From assembly GCA_012295275.1 (NCBI GenBank), contig CM022673.1, positions 15,810,001-15,874,000 on the forward strand: a stretch of DNA of 64,000 nt, in the 5' to 3' direction. The notes under the pieces were generated by a model. It was not told the DNA's origin. It searched no databases and was given only the letters and a program-made list of their open reading frames with translations. Source of the stretch: Chrysomallon squamiferum (Eukaryota; Animalia; Mollusca). This document shows, in pieces, positions 27,670 through 42,162 of the stretch. Position 1 is the stretch's first letter, and the number at the start of each line of letters is the position of its first letter. A program made the translations under genes and the position numbers.

Positions 27670-28539
27670 TGTCACTCGTCATATATATAAATAGAACTAT
27701 TGTTATAACATCAGATTTATAAATAAGTGTGTGTGTGCGTGTGCGTGTGTGTGTGTGAAGAAATACAATTTATAGTTACATTCAGTAATAAAGATGATTA
27801 AATAAACCCATGTGAAATTTTGAAATTAGCATAATTAATATGTTCATGTTGTGAAGCCAAAACGTATTTTCAATTTTAATTTTTTTTTCCCTCTTCCCAA
27901 GTGATAGATATTTACTTTATAAAGAAACTAATTCAAAATAAACCCTCCATAGAATACTTTCCGCACCTTTTCTTCGAACTAAATCTGCCCCTGACGTGTT
28001 TCTGAGGAATTTGTTTTTATAAATATTTGCGATATTAGTTGTTTGTTATTGTCGTTGTTGTTCTTATTTTATTATTAACAATCGTACCAAATTGTTAAAA
28101 TACTAATTAAGCACTGCATCCTTAGCTAATCAATTAATTCGAGTATTAGAATTTACAAATGTCGAACGTACAATAGTAAGATTGCAAATACTTCATCAGT
28201 TTTTCAAAGAATATATGACGGTGTAATGTGATATGTCAATATTATGACAAGGACTCACAGGGATATAATGAGGTGCAGATATAATGAGGGATTCGGAGCA
28301 AACACACGATAATTTTATTTTTATTTTAAACTTTTTTTCAATATTGAGTTCTTTGTTTTAAATTAACTACTTTTTGAGATAAACAGATGGGAAAACCAGA
28401 ATGTTAAATGTTCTGGATCCGCTACTGGTCATGCAATTTGTTATGAGTAAAATAAAACAATGGGGAAAAAAGTCGTGAAAAATAATATGATTATGATGAT
28501 ATCTACAGCTTTAGAGATTCGCGCCAGCTGTCAGTCATT

Positions 28540-28749
28540 GCAGCAGGACACGTGCTGAAACTAACCAATGAAATCCAGACTTGCTGATCGACCGCAGGAT
28601 ATATTAACGTGTAGACTGAAGTAGTAGGGGCAGACGGTCCGTGACTTCGTTTATTATTATTTTTTCAACATAAAATTACTGGAAGATTTATTTTAGGAGA
28701 TTCGTTTTCCTAACTGTGATATAAATTTTCGTTATTAATCAAGGTAAGA
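28540..28749 (+). promoter_or_regulatory. Putative promoter and non-coding first exon of pore-former 2
   Basis: Locally GC-richer patch with CACGTG (28549) and CCAAT (~28565), followed by a strong donor aag|gtaaga (exon end 28743). The ATG exon at 37362 starts at an acceptor, so an upstream exon is needed. The link over 8.6 kb is inferred. Confidence 0.45.
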
Positions 28750-30419
28750 ATATTTTATTTTATATATTGTATTTTATAAAGATTTTCTTTATTTATTTTC
28801 ATGAACTGATTATATGTGGAGGTTTTTCATATTTTGTCTGTCTAGCTTCGAATGGTTTCATCAATTCGTGGGGATTAAAACTAATTTTATGCCTTTTTTT
28901 AATAGAAAAACTTTGATATAATTACTAATCATCGTTTTAATACTTAATATCTAAAAATATTTTTAATAGAACAGGAGAAATTATATTTTAATTATCGTAT
29001 CTTATTAGGAAAATAAATATGGCGTCTAATGTTTTCAAGGCGTAACCATAGATGCACCTTTTATGAATACTCTTTGTTTATTCGTTAATTTCTGTTTTTA
29101 TTTAAATATTAATTTTTAAAATTTAGATAATTTTGTCACTGATAGCTAGGTAATTACAATTTACTAACGGGGAATAAATACTCAAACAAATATCCCATTC
29201 TGACAAATCCTGAACAGTCGAGCTGTATTTGACCTTAAACTTGCATTGTATCTATTACAGTTCATGTGCTTAAAGTCAGGTGATATGCAGTTAGTACAGT
29301 TTATCTTACCTCAAAATTTATTATTATCAGGTGTCTTTAGCCATATTAGATTTTTATAATATATTTCATTTTCAAATCATTAATATGTATTTATCAATAA
29401 TTTATATTAAACAGTTTAATGTAAATATTGTTATGTTAATATATACCTACAACGTGTGGATTACAAATATGATTATACGTATTTAAGAAAGAGTGCGCAC
29501 TTTGATATATCCGTATATGAAAACAAACAAAAAACGATTTATTGTTCTTTCAAAAAAAAAATTATTTTAGTTATCCGTCGTATATCTATTTACTTTATTC
29601 TTTCTTCATTTTGTTGCCACTACTATTATTATTAATGTTACTACTACTTCTACTACTAATACTAATACTAATATTAATACTAACATTAGCTTTTTATTTT
29701 TGTAATAGTTAAATATTTTCACTGACACTGCAACAACAATTACTTCTGCAACTGCTACAGCTACTGCTACTAGTATGGTATACAAACAGCCATATTGCAC
29801 CATTTTTAAGAATGTATTACTGGCTATCTCTCTATTACGTTTTTCATTCAAAAAAATAAATAAATAAATAAAATAAAATATTTCTGGTAATAAAACTTTA
29901 TAATGAAAATAAAAAACACGTTCTCTATGGAAACCAGACAGATCACAATTAGTTTCACTGAATGTGATTTCAAGTAGCAGATGTGACGTCTGTATATCTA
30001 GATATAAAAGAGAATTCGCGAAATGAAACTGAACAGCTGGACTAATGGCAGCATATAATAGGACGAGCCAAAATGGCGTACGTAGACAGGTGTTGGATGG
30101 AATGTATTTCATTATGTCCGTCGGTCGATATGGAAGCCAGCGCGCATCTGCAAAAGAAGAAATCCATGTGCAAAATGATAAACGACATGCGTGTAAAATT
30201 AAAATTAGGCCATCCGGGATCGTTAATTTTAATTTCCTTCCTTCCTTCCGAAACAAGATACTTGAAGATAAAATTAATCCTAAAGCTGGCGGTAATTTGT
30301 TAGTTAATTATTTTTCTTCGTCGTCGAACGCTTCTCAGTTAATAATTCTGGCATGTTTCTTTTTTGTTTGTTTTTTTCTCATTGGTTAACATTTATTTAT
30401 TTCTTGTCTGCCTGTTTAC

Positions 30420-30519
<100 letters not shown>

Positions 30520-30911
30520 CTTATTTTATTAAATTCAGAAAATGGAGTACGAAATGAAATTTATGTTTATAAACCTCATCCCACATCTATCTCTCTCGTT
30601 ACAACCTCAATCACGCCCTTCTAGGTACATTTTTATGACGGTAAATAACTAAGCGGTTACGCGATGCGTGCAATCTCGTACTTTCCTAACCGTTCAAGCT
30701 TGACTGAAAATATCTCTGTTTACAGATCAAATGATTAACATATACAATCTAAAAGTCATGACCAGAGAGAAATAGTTCTAAGGTTCAAAACATTTACTGT
30801 AACATCATTTAGACTAATACTGCTAGCTTTTATCTGTTGAGTCAGTGATTGTTATTTCAACGTTAGCAGATCTGCAGTAACTTTTTCGTTTCGTTTCAGA
30901 TGAATAAAAAT

Positions 30912-31005
<94 letters not shown>

Positions 31006-32266
31006 CTCTGTTTATGTATATATACACAAACATACATACATAAGTACATACATACATGAGTGTTTGTGTAGGTGTCTCAGTTTTGCTCTCACTTTCTCTC
31101 TCGTTTTTGTTTAAATATAACTGAATAATTATTATTTCTACATCTGTTGTTTTTATTATCATAATCATCATCATTATTATACAATATTCAGTATCATTTT
31201 CATTTTATGTAAACCAACTGCACTCTTGCGATACAGAAACTTAATTCGCTATCTTCGAATCGAACATAAACAAGCGGTATTGAATATGTATGTATTGTAT
31301 ACTAGGGTTACCCATGGTTAATAACAATCACGTGTGACTATAAACAGAATGGGTATTACCCATACGTATTTTATACGATCATATCTTTTTATATAACATG
31401 TCTTCTTATAATGGCAAAATACGTCAACTGTTTTATTATTATATTCGACTCTTATTCTTATTATTACTATGCGCGGGTCAGTGGTGCAATCCGTTACCCC
31501 ATATTAATAATTACTGTTTTGTTGCAAAAGTAGTAGTAGTTGTTGTTGTTGCCGGTAATGATGATTTTTTTTTAAATTGCTTTTTTATTATTAAAACTCC
31601 ACTACTGTGATGACGTCTCAGTGTTTCTGAAATATAAATTGGAATTTTAAAAAGAAACAAGGAAAGATAGGAAATGATAACAAAAGAATAACTAAAAACG
31701 TATAAATAAATAAATAAAATTCAAAGATAAACGAACTAAACACAAAAAAAATAATTATATTAAATTAATAAAAAAGACACTAATATTTAATAGGGAGTAT
31801 TTTAGCTCATAGTATTACGTCAGTTCTCTGCATAATATTATTAATATGTCAGACATTTTGACAGGGTCACGCACCACTAACTGATTCTGCACACCAGATG
31901 TCACTCTATTGCACGCGCTTTCTGGTTTCCATTACGTATACGCAGCTAGCATGCCCCAGGTTATTCATTATTGCATTATTTACTTTACTAAACTTGATTT
32001 ATGTTCCTATTGATCAGAAAATTCTCTGTGTCACATCTGTTCCACATTTTAGACAGCTGGTAATGTGGTATTCATTCGCTCACTTACTCATTCATCCACT
32101 CTCTCCTTCATAGACAACATAACAAACTAATGGTTGAATACTAGTGCTATATAATTATATCTAAAACCTTTTTTCTTCTTTTTCTTTCTGTTATTTTTTT
32201 TTTCTTTCCTTCTTTGGTCTATCTTTTCTTTTCTTCTTTCTCTTTTTTTTTTTTTTTTTTTTATTA

Positions 32267-32304
<38 letters not shown>

Positions 32305-32575
32305 CCATTTCTTTTTTATTATTATCATTTTTTTTTTTTTTTTTTTTATTCTTTCTTCTTCTCTATCCTATTTGTTTTGCCCAGCACAGTTTTATGATAT
32401 TTATTTTGACATGCTCTGGGTATGTGTTTATATTATTATAACACAAATAACGTTCATTTGACACACACATTACACGGTGTCATTAAAAATAACCTGGAAA
32501 TTATAATAATAAGTGTTCTGTGCTATCCTGCCGTTATGTTTGCAAATTGTCTTTTTTCTTTTTTCTTTTCTTTTT

Positions 32576-32609
<34 letters not shown>

Positions 32610-33550
32610 TTAAGTTTAAAAAGGAAGTTAGATATTGTTTAGTTAGATATACAAACAGGCAGACGGACACATGGATGGATGGATGAATGGATGGGTGGAT
32701 GGATGAATGAATATATAGACAGATGAATGAGCGAATGGATGAACGGCTGGACAGATGAATGTTGGATGAGAGGACATCTGATATAATCAAAAATAAACAC
32801 ATTAAAACCGCAACACAAAGAAACAGAAAAAGAAAAAAAATGTAATTTTCCGAGTACTATTATAAAAACATTCCAAAGATAAACAATACCTAAACCCACT
32901 AAGTCGCGTGGTACACTTGATGTTTGCAGTGACAACTGAGTATATTATTGTCACATCCTTGTCAAATATTTGATCCGCGCAGACTTAGCCAATTATGTGA
33001 TCTTTATCGAAACAAACTTTCATGACACCTGTATATAGGTAAACACATATTGGTTTCTGTTTGTTCTGGAGGTTTACGTTTCCTGACGTTAAACGAGGTT
33101 ATGCTAAGAAATAGATCATTAATCTGACAGATATACTTTCATCTGCTCTATTTATCTCAATGAGCGATTTTTACAGTATTTACTTTAATATATATAAATG
33201 AGTAGCAGTTAATATATAACTGGTATGTAAGATATCTTGCATGTACAAGCTTGAAATTTTGTAAGGTGTACATGCGTGTGTTTGTACGTGTGTGTGTGTG
33301 TGTGTGTGGTATGTGTGTGTGTGTGTTGAGCGGTATGAATTTGAGTATGTATTTGTTGGGTGAGATGAATATATGGGTGTGGGTGTGTCCGAGTCAATTT
33401 CACAATATCATTTTATTACAAGTTCATGTATTTTTATACTTTGCTGTTGTTGTTGTGATATTCTTATGATTTATCTCCTTTCTTAATTTTGGATGGACTT
33501 CAAATACCATTATGACACGCCTTCGAAAAGGAAAAAAAATAACAACATAT

Positions 33551-33602
33551 AATATATATATAGTAAATATAGTAACTTAAAGTAAATAAAAACAAATTAG
33601 GA

Positions 33603-33681
<79 letters not shown>

Positions 33682-34536
33682 CGCATGTTTGCTATTTTCG
33701 CACCTGACCCTGATCCAAATGTGCTGTTCATCAATATACGCCGACAGTCGTTCTACCTTCCAGTCTGTTATTAACTGGGAGATCTGGATAATGATAAAAT
33801 AACTTTCTACCTCTCAGCGTGAAGCCATCAACTGCGTGAAACGCCCCAAGCACGTGATAAAGTGATAATACTGAAACACTTTTATTAAAGTGCCTATATC
33901 TGTGACGTTGAGGCACGCTGATAAGGCCACGTGTATGAAATAACTGGTTGTCGTGCTTTTTACATTTTCATTTGATTTATTTTATTTTTATTTTATTTTA
34001 TTTTATTTTAATGGGAAAGAATGAATTTTTTTCTTATTTTTTTTTATGTTTTTTTTTTTTTTTTTTTTTTTTTTTTCATTATTTTATTTTATTTTATTTT
34101 ATTTAAAACTTCTTGGAACGGAGAGAGAGAGAGAGTGAATAAATTTGGTTATTTTGTCTAAAATATTTGACTGGGCGTCATTTGTTAATTTAATGATTGC
34201 CATTCACGGAATTCCATACAACATTTCTGTCATATTTATACTGAAAAGATAAATAGAATTAATATCTAATTGTAATCAATCAACAGAGTCAGAAATTTAA
34301 AATTACTATTTATTTCGCAGGTTATTTCTAATATCTTTGGCTCAGAAATCCTGAAGGTTTTTTAATCAACAGGTATAAATAATTTTGTCTTAATAAAAGC
34401 ACTTAATATATAAAACCATAAAAACAGGATTACCAAGTATTACTATTAATGCTGTTTGTATTACTACTATTACTACTACTACTACTAGTATTAGTACTCC
34501 TAGTACTACAACTGCTACTACTACTACTACTACTGC

Positions 34537-34568
<32 letters not shown>

Positions 34569-34624
34569 ATAATAATATATATAGTAAATATAGTAACTTA
34601 AAGTAAATAAAAACAAATTAGGAC

Positions 34625-34704
<80 letters not shown>

Positions 34705-35549
34705 CGCATGTTTGCTATTTTCGCACCTGACCCTGATCCAAATGTGCTGTTCATCAATATACGCCGACAGTCGTTCTACCTTCCAGTCTGTTATTAACTG
34801 GGAGATCTGGATAATGATAAAATAACTTTCTACCTCTCAGCGTGAAGCCATCAACTGCGTGAAACGCCCCAAGCACGTGATAAAGTGATAATACTGAAAC
34901 ACTTTTATTAAAGTGCCTATATCTGTGACGTTGAGGCACGCTGATAAGGCCACGTGTATGAAATAACTGGTTGTCGTGCTTTTTACATTTTCATTTGATT
35001 TATTTTATTTTTATTTTATTTTATTTTATTTTAATGGGAAAGAATGAATTTTTTTTTTTTTTTTTTATTTTTTTTTTTTTTTTTTTTTCATTATTTTATT
35101 TTATTTTATTTTATTTAAAACTTCTTGGAACGGAGAGAGAGAGAGTGAATAAATTTGGTTATTTTGTCTAAAATATTTGACTGGGCGTCATTTGTTAATT
35201 TAATGATTGCCATTCACGGAATTCCATACAACATTTCTGTCATATTTATACTGAAAAGATAAATAGAATTAATATCTAATTGTAATCAATCAACAGAGTC
35301 AGAAATTTAAAATTACTATTTATTTCGCAGGTTATTTCTAATATCTTTGGCTCAGAAATCCTGAAGGTTTTTTAATCAACAGGTATAAATAATTTTGTCT
35401 TAATAAAAGCACTTAATATATAAAACCATAAAAACAGGATTACCAAGTATTACTATTAATGCTGTTTGTATTACTACTATTACTACTACTACTACTAGTA
35501 TTAGTACTCCTAGTACTACAACTGCTACTACTACTACTACTACTACTGC

Positions 35550-35584
<35 letters not shown>

Positions 35585-35585
35585 A
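33551..35585. repeat. Near-identical ~1.02 kb tandem duplication
   Basis: 33551-34573 repeats as 34574-35585; unique sequence appears identical and differences are almost confined to homopolymer/microsatellite tracts (identical ORFs 33731-33916 and 34754-34939). Confidence 0.95.
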
Positions 35586-37362
35586 TAATAATAATAATAA
35601 TAATAATGACAGTAACAATAAGATTTTTCTTTTAATTCTTAGCAATCACTTTGTTTATTCGTTGTTGTTGTTGTTGTTATTGTTTTGTGGGTTTTTTGAT
35701 GGGGTGGGGGTTGTGGTTTTGTGTTTATATTTTTATGTTCTTGCTGTTTCTTTCCCACAAAGTTCAGTAATCATTAAATATAGGTACTGCGTGTGGTTAA
35801 ACATGCTTTCATATAATTACTACTAACAACAATGTTGTTTATAAAAGTCTGATCAGACCGCTTTTAGTTTCCTTGTTTTTAAAACATAGCCATTAAATGC
35901 AACGTATTGAGAATCAATCAATTCACTATATTCCATGAATTCGTTACTTTATTATGATCAAATAACAATTTAGAATATAAATTAAAAAATCGTTTGGAAG
36001 AATATATATATAATTACAGTTACGTAGTTTCAGTTCTACATTTGTTTAATTTTAAAGTGGTCATTTTACTGATCAGGCTAGATAGTGATGCGTGCACTCA
36101 AACAATGGAAATCGTTGATATTTTCAATTGGGTCACGTGCTCTATGCGCTACTTCAATAGGTGAGGCTATCTTAATATTTTATTATTATTTATGACTTAT
36201 CTCCCTTTTAGCGTTAAACCGTCATTTGATTTCAGATCAGAATACCGTGGTATATGTTGGTGTGTTTAGTATTTATGCTTGCATATAAGTAAAATAGGTT
36301 AGTTTTAAGAATTTTTGTATACCTTACCTCGTTATTCCGCGATACTTAAATGTAATTTTATCATAATTTCGTTCATTTTTTTTATTATTCATGATCATCA
36401 CCGTCATCATCAGCATGATCATTATATTCAAGAACATTTTTAAAACGATAAATGAAGGTGTGCAGTTTTGTATTTATCTCTCAAGAAAATTAAAATCATC
36501 CTATTTACGAATATTTAAATTTCTGTCTCTGCTTTATTTGCCTGTCTCAAACAGATGTCATCTTATGTCTGCACTTAAGCTTTAGACTCGTGACCAGTAC
36601 GCATACTAACTCTGTACTGTTAAGAAATATCTGCACGATATCAGTGGATGTTACGATATAGACTTAGTATCTGGTATCCATTCTTTTATTTTGTCATTAA
36701 TGAATTCTCTTGTGTAGACACATTTGCACTTCTTGCGAGGGAAAAGCATACACATACATAATGTTTATAAATTAAAAACTTTATATTAGTACTATGTGTT
36801 TGAGAGAAATATAGTGTGTGTGCGTGTGCGCGCATGTTTGTACGCCAGTGTGTGTGACAGTGTTTGTGAGTGTGTGTGAGTGTGTGAGTGTGAGTGTGTT
36901 CGTGCGTGAGTGTGTGAGTGTGAGTGTGTGAGTGCGTGAGTGTGTTCGTGCGTGAGTGTGTTCGTGCGTCTATGATTTATACGACATTAACGGTATTTGT
37001 GATTTTCGCAAATAGTGTTTGACAGTCCTTCCCAGCTGTCGTTTATGCAATATACTTAGCCAGCTTGCGTACAGCTGCTGCAGCTTTTGATGGTCTTATA
37101 ATTATATGCATGCATATCAGAACAAAGAGCAAACTGTTTGTTTAGCAGTTTGCTGGGCATTTTTAAAACGTGTGTTGTTCATTTTGACGAGGGTGGCGTG
37201 ATTCGTCATATTTTGAAAATTCAGAATCTGCGCCTAATGTAATAACAGAAATATAATCATTTTTGCAAAGATCTGATACTAAAATAGGAATAATTAAAAA
37301 AAAACAAAAAAAAAAACATCTTCATTATATTTTCACATTGTTATTCTTCTTTATGATCCAGA

Positions 37363-38446
37363 ATGTCTTCCCAAATAACAGACCTAGAAGAGAAGGTTAA
37401 AGTTTGGGCATGGAACATGTTCATCAAAACACGTTCCAAGGAGAATTCGAAACTGAGATATGAAGACGTAATGCTGGACGTGAATTGGTCAAAGGTCAAG
37501 TTCACCTCTTCTAAACCTCGGTATTTTGATGAGCGCAAACTGGATACGCCAAATACACAAGTTGTCTTCAGGTAAATGTTATATTGTTATTATTATTAAT
37601 TTTGAAATTTTCAAAACAGTAAACCTTTATTCCGTTAAACGTTGTAATTTATATGATTTTCTAAAATGTTCTCTTTTATGTATTAAACTGGTTTTTTATT
37701 TAATTATGAATTATTATGACTTTGGCCATTTCTTTTTGAATAAATCATTTTTATTCTTTCTTTTTCTTTTTTAATATTATATAATACTTTATAAGCAAAC
37801 CTACAATCGTAAATGGATCAAGTGCTTGGCTAATTAAAGATTTTTCTTCCCTACCTTCGTTTTCTATAACTGTTTATTAACGGTTTTATTAAAACCTTTA
37901 AGATCCAAATACGAAAACTGGACAAAACACGAACAGGAACATTCCTTCCAGACGGAAAGAACAACGACATCCATCTCTACAACCACCGTGTCTAAAGGCT
38001 TTACAAAAGGTTTCCATTTAGAAGTGAAGCTGGGCCTTCCTGACGAAGTAGCAGGTGCAACGGCTGGATTTGGACGGGACATCACCATGGAAACAGCGGA
38101 AGAGGACTGCCACGAGAAGTCAATGACGTGGTCCATTAACAGCTCCATAAAGGTACCCCCTAAACACCGGACCATCGCCGAATTGGTTGTGAAGGAACAA
38201 GAGTTCTCGGCGGCCTTCAAAATGGACGTGAAAGTTAAAGGAATCGTCCACGTTGTGGTTACCAACTTGAAAGAAAACAACTGCTTCGTTCAGGCCATCG
38301 AGGGCGACTTCGCAGAGATCATGAAGCGAGAGCCGAATGGTATTGTAATCGAAAACCGGACAGTGACCTTCGACATGGAAGGGAAATGTCTTTTCAGGTA
38401 TGGCATCGAGCAACATGTACAGCTGTTTGAGGAACCCCTTGAATGA
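37363..38446 (+). CDS. Aerolysin-like ETX/MTX2 family (LIN-24-like) beta-pore-forming protein, 250 aa, 2 coding exons
   Basis: Exons 37363-37571 and 37903-38446 (phase-2 GT-AG intron; 753 nt). MSSQITDLEEKVKVWAW...VVFR|SKYENWTKHEQEHSFQTERTT...GFTKGFHLEVKLGLPDEVAGATAGFGRDI...WSINSSIKVPPKHRTIAELVV...GKCLFRYGIEQ; clear paralogue of the gene at 22948-23757. Confidence 0.92.
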
Positions 38447-39384
38447 AAAGATAAATGACCTTAAACCAAAATACTGTGATATTAAAATAGCTGATTTTGA
38501 AAAGTGTTAAGATTTTATTTTTTTTCATTTCTTTATTTCTTTATTTTATTTTATTATGAATGATTAAAACAAATTGAAAGAATATTTAGAATCTTTTTAA
38601 AACAATCAAAGATGTATATAATGCACTGTTAATCACAACCTACAGGAGGAGATAGGAATATTTTGTTTTTAAATTGTAAAAGATTAAATGAACTGTTAGA
38701 AATATTTGTTTAAATTTTAAGTCTTCAGCAGAGGAACTGCTTATAGACACTAAAAGAGAGACAAAAAATATATATATATATATATATAAATTTGTTGGGT
38801 TTTTTTTAATCATAAAACAATTTTTTTTTTTTAATTATCTATTAAGTTATTTGAAAGAAGCTTAGTTTTACCATTTTTCATTTGTTTAATAATTGGAAAG
38901 GAATTCAAAACAGGAAATGTTAAAAATATTTATGAAATTGTAAAAGATATGAACAAAGTGCATGATCAGTCTAAATTGTGCTATTATAAGTCATAGAAAA
39001 GAGGGTTTTTTTGTGTGTTTTTTTTTTATCTTTGAAAGTCCACAATAAATGTGCAGATATATGTGACCACTGCTATTCTAAATCATCTTTAGAATCTTAT
39101 TTTTTGGTGAAAATTTAGAATTTATGTGCTTCTAGATAGGTAACTAATTTCATAACAAATACTGGACTGGCAAGAACAGTGTGCTAATTATATTTTCAGA
39201 CATGTATTTTTAATAATTTTATAGCAACTTATTCAGTAGAATTAGAAGAGAGATACTTTTAAAATATAGTACAAATTATTCATATGTACATTTATTACTT
39301 TAAAATTAATTAACTTACTCTCATTACATTATTAAAAATTAAAATGATCCCTAATTTAATTACCAAAGACTGCACATATCTACT

Positions 39385-41480
39385 TATATAAATTTATATT
39401 CTAATCAGCTGTAATGATCAAGGTTATGATTAATTGTAATTCTTTTTACTCTTTTTAAAAAAATATTTTTAAATTAGTTTTAAAGGTATATATCATTTGC
39501 TCTTTTTGTACATTTTATTGCATTCTTAGTATAAATGATCTGCGAAATTTTTGTTATTTCAAAAATGAAATTGTATTTATTTTTCAGCTATGTATCTGTT
39601 TTTTTAATTGTTGTGAAACCAGGCATCTCCTAAATTCTTATCTCTATTTTCAACTTATTTTCTAAAATATTAAAGTCTCTTAAAAATAAGATATTTTATA
39701 TATATTATATCACTGCTTACAAAACAAAATTTATGTAGACAAAAATATGAAGAAGCTTTTTCAACAAGAAAAAATAATCAATACCTAAGTATATTAAATA
39801 TTTTAATAATGAAAGTTTGAAAGTATAAAAGGTTATAATTCAGACATGTGTCAAAGAGATTTTAAATACCAAATTTAAAATAACAATCAACAAATTGTTA
39901 AAAATAATAATAATTTTGTATAAACTTATTAAGAAAAATCAAAATTATTAATTATTTTATTGCATTTATAAATAAACAAAAAACAATAAATTGTTCAATA
40001 ATAAGTACATATTAGTTTTGAAAACAAACATAAAAATTGTGAATGAAAAATGTATAGATAAAAATATTTTAAGTAACTGTAAGATCTAATATTGTTTTTA
40101 ACACTAAATACTGACATTTTCCAGCAACGTCAGTGTCAAAGTGAAAATCAGAAATAATAGAGAGACAGAAAAACAGGAAGAGATACAGAGTAAATTTTAT
40201 GAATGTGAATATGTGGAGATTAACTGTGTAAATTTTAAAAGTGTTAATGCAGAAATTTTCAATTATTTTGTTCAGTTCAAAATTAGAAAAAACAACAACA
40301 TGAATTTAACAACAGCAACAACAAAAGCTAAAAATGCAAAACATATTTTAATGAAGATTAAATGAATCTGCACCATTCATTCATTTTTGTAAATCAGAAT
40401 AAGTTTTAATGCAAAAGCAGTAAATATGTCTAAAACAGTGAGAATAGTATTAAATAAAGAATAGTAAATTACATATACAATGGCTGATAGATTATGACAA
40501 ACTAACAATTCCATCACCCAAAAAGAAACAAACTTCATATTTATATAAAAAATATATATATATATATTTGTTTACAACAATGTAATAAAAAATTACAGTA
40601 CTGTGACTATTCAGAAGTCTAAAATACAAATAAACTTTATAAAATAATAATGGCCTTTTATACAAAGCCATAAGGAAGGGAAGTAACTCAAACAATTACA
40701 GTATAATGATTGATTGTTCAACAGTCTAAAAGATTATTAAAGTTTATGATATGATAACGATCTTTAAAATATATAATTATCAGGTCTTAATAAAAAGTAA
40801 AATAATAATGGAGTTGTTAAACAGTTCAGTGTTTCATTATAATTATATGAAACATATTAATAAAATTTTTGTTTATAAAAGTTTTTAAAACATTACTTCT
40901 ACATGAAATTAAATTTTAAACATATTTCAGCAGTAATTATAAAGTACCCTTATTTGTATTTATGAATGTGTTTTTGTTTGTTTTCTTCTTTTATCAAAGG
41001 GTTGTAAAATAACATAAGAAACAACTAATGTGTCTGTATTTAGAATATTAATTAAAATATGTTATTCAAAAATATTCACATTGATAAAAGTAACAATGTA
41101 TGCAAATAAAGATATTATTAATTTTACACTAAATAAAATTAATTTATTGTAAACATTTGTTACTTTGGCACAAGGTTATGAATTGTTTATTTATTATATA
41201 AATTCTTATATTTATATTCTAATCAGCTGTAATGATCAAGATTAAATTTTATTGTAATGTTTTAATGCTTTTTACTTAATATTTTTATATTCATTTTAAA
41301 GGTAAATGTAATTTGTTCTTTTTGTACATTTTATCACATTTTTAGTGTATTTAGATAAATGATTTATGACATTTTTGCCATTTCAAAAATAAAATTGTAT
41401 TTATTTTTTAGATATGTATCAGTGTTTTTTGTTATTGTTTTTGAGAAACCAGGCACCTTCTAAATTCTTTTCTCTCTTTC
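39385..41480. repeat. Two diverged direct copies of a ~270-bp sequence (about 39385-39650 and 41205-41480)
   Basis: Shared tttatattctaatcagctgtaatgatcaag ... ctttttgtacatttta ... gaaaccaggca.ct.ctaaattctt in both places. Confidence 0.8.
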
Positions 41481-42162
41481 TCTCTCTATATATATATAGA
41501 ATTATTTATGATATTAAAATTTTTAAATAACAATTAATGAGACATACAAATTATTTTCTACTATTAATAGCTATGAATGTACAAACATAATTACAAAAAA
41601 TACTAAATCAGAAAAGTAAATTTTTTTTAAATATTAATTATTTGAAAGCATAAAAGAAACAAAAATTGATACACTGACTGGAGGAAGTAATGCAGACCTA
41701 AGTTACTAAGGTTTTTGGTCTGTTGTCTGTACATATTATTTTTATTCACAATCATTTTGAAATAAACTTGATTAACTATTGTTACCTTTTAAACCCATCA
41801 AATTAACCACATTATTTCTTGGGATCATTTAAAAATACAAAATGAAAATTAAAAAAATGAAATAAAAACAACAGTTTCAAAATGAATATTGAAATGGATG
41901 TTACATTATTTGTAAATAACAGTAAAAACAAAAAAAAATATAAAATAAAATCTTTACAATAAATTTTACCCTTCAATTTAATGCATTATAACTTTCATTA
42001 TGCCAAAAAAGTTAATTAAAAAATCAAAAACAAAATGATTTAAAATTCTAAATTAAAATGTATTTCATAGGTGTATTTTTGTTCATTTTCGTCCATTTTC
42101 CTGTGCAGTTTCTAGAATTTGCAGCATGGTCTGTTATGATTTTGTTCTGCTCTGTGTGTGTA

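Noticed and set aside
29606-30389. Overlapping 216-aa and 114-aa ORFs and an AT-rich hairpin near 30196-30235
   Set aside because: No recognisable domain; partly simple repeat; probably intronic or regulatory sequence.
33731-34939. Two identical 61-aa ORFs
   Set aside because: Identity simply reflects the 1-kb duplication; non-ATG start and no protein features.
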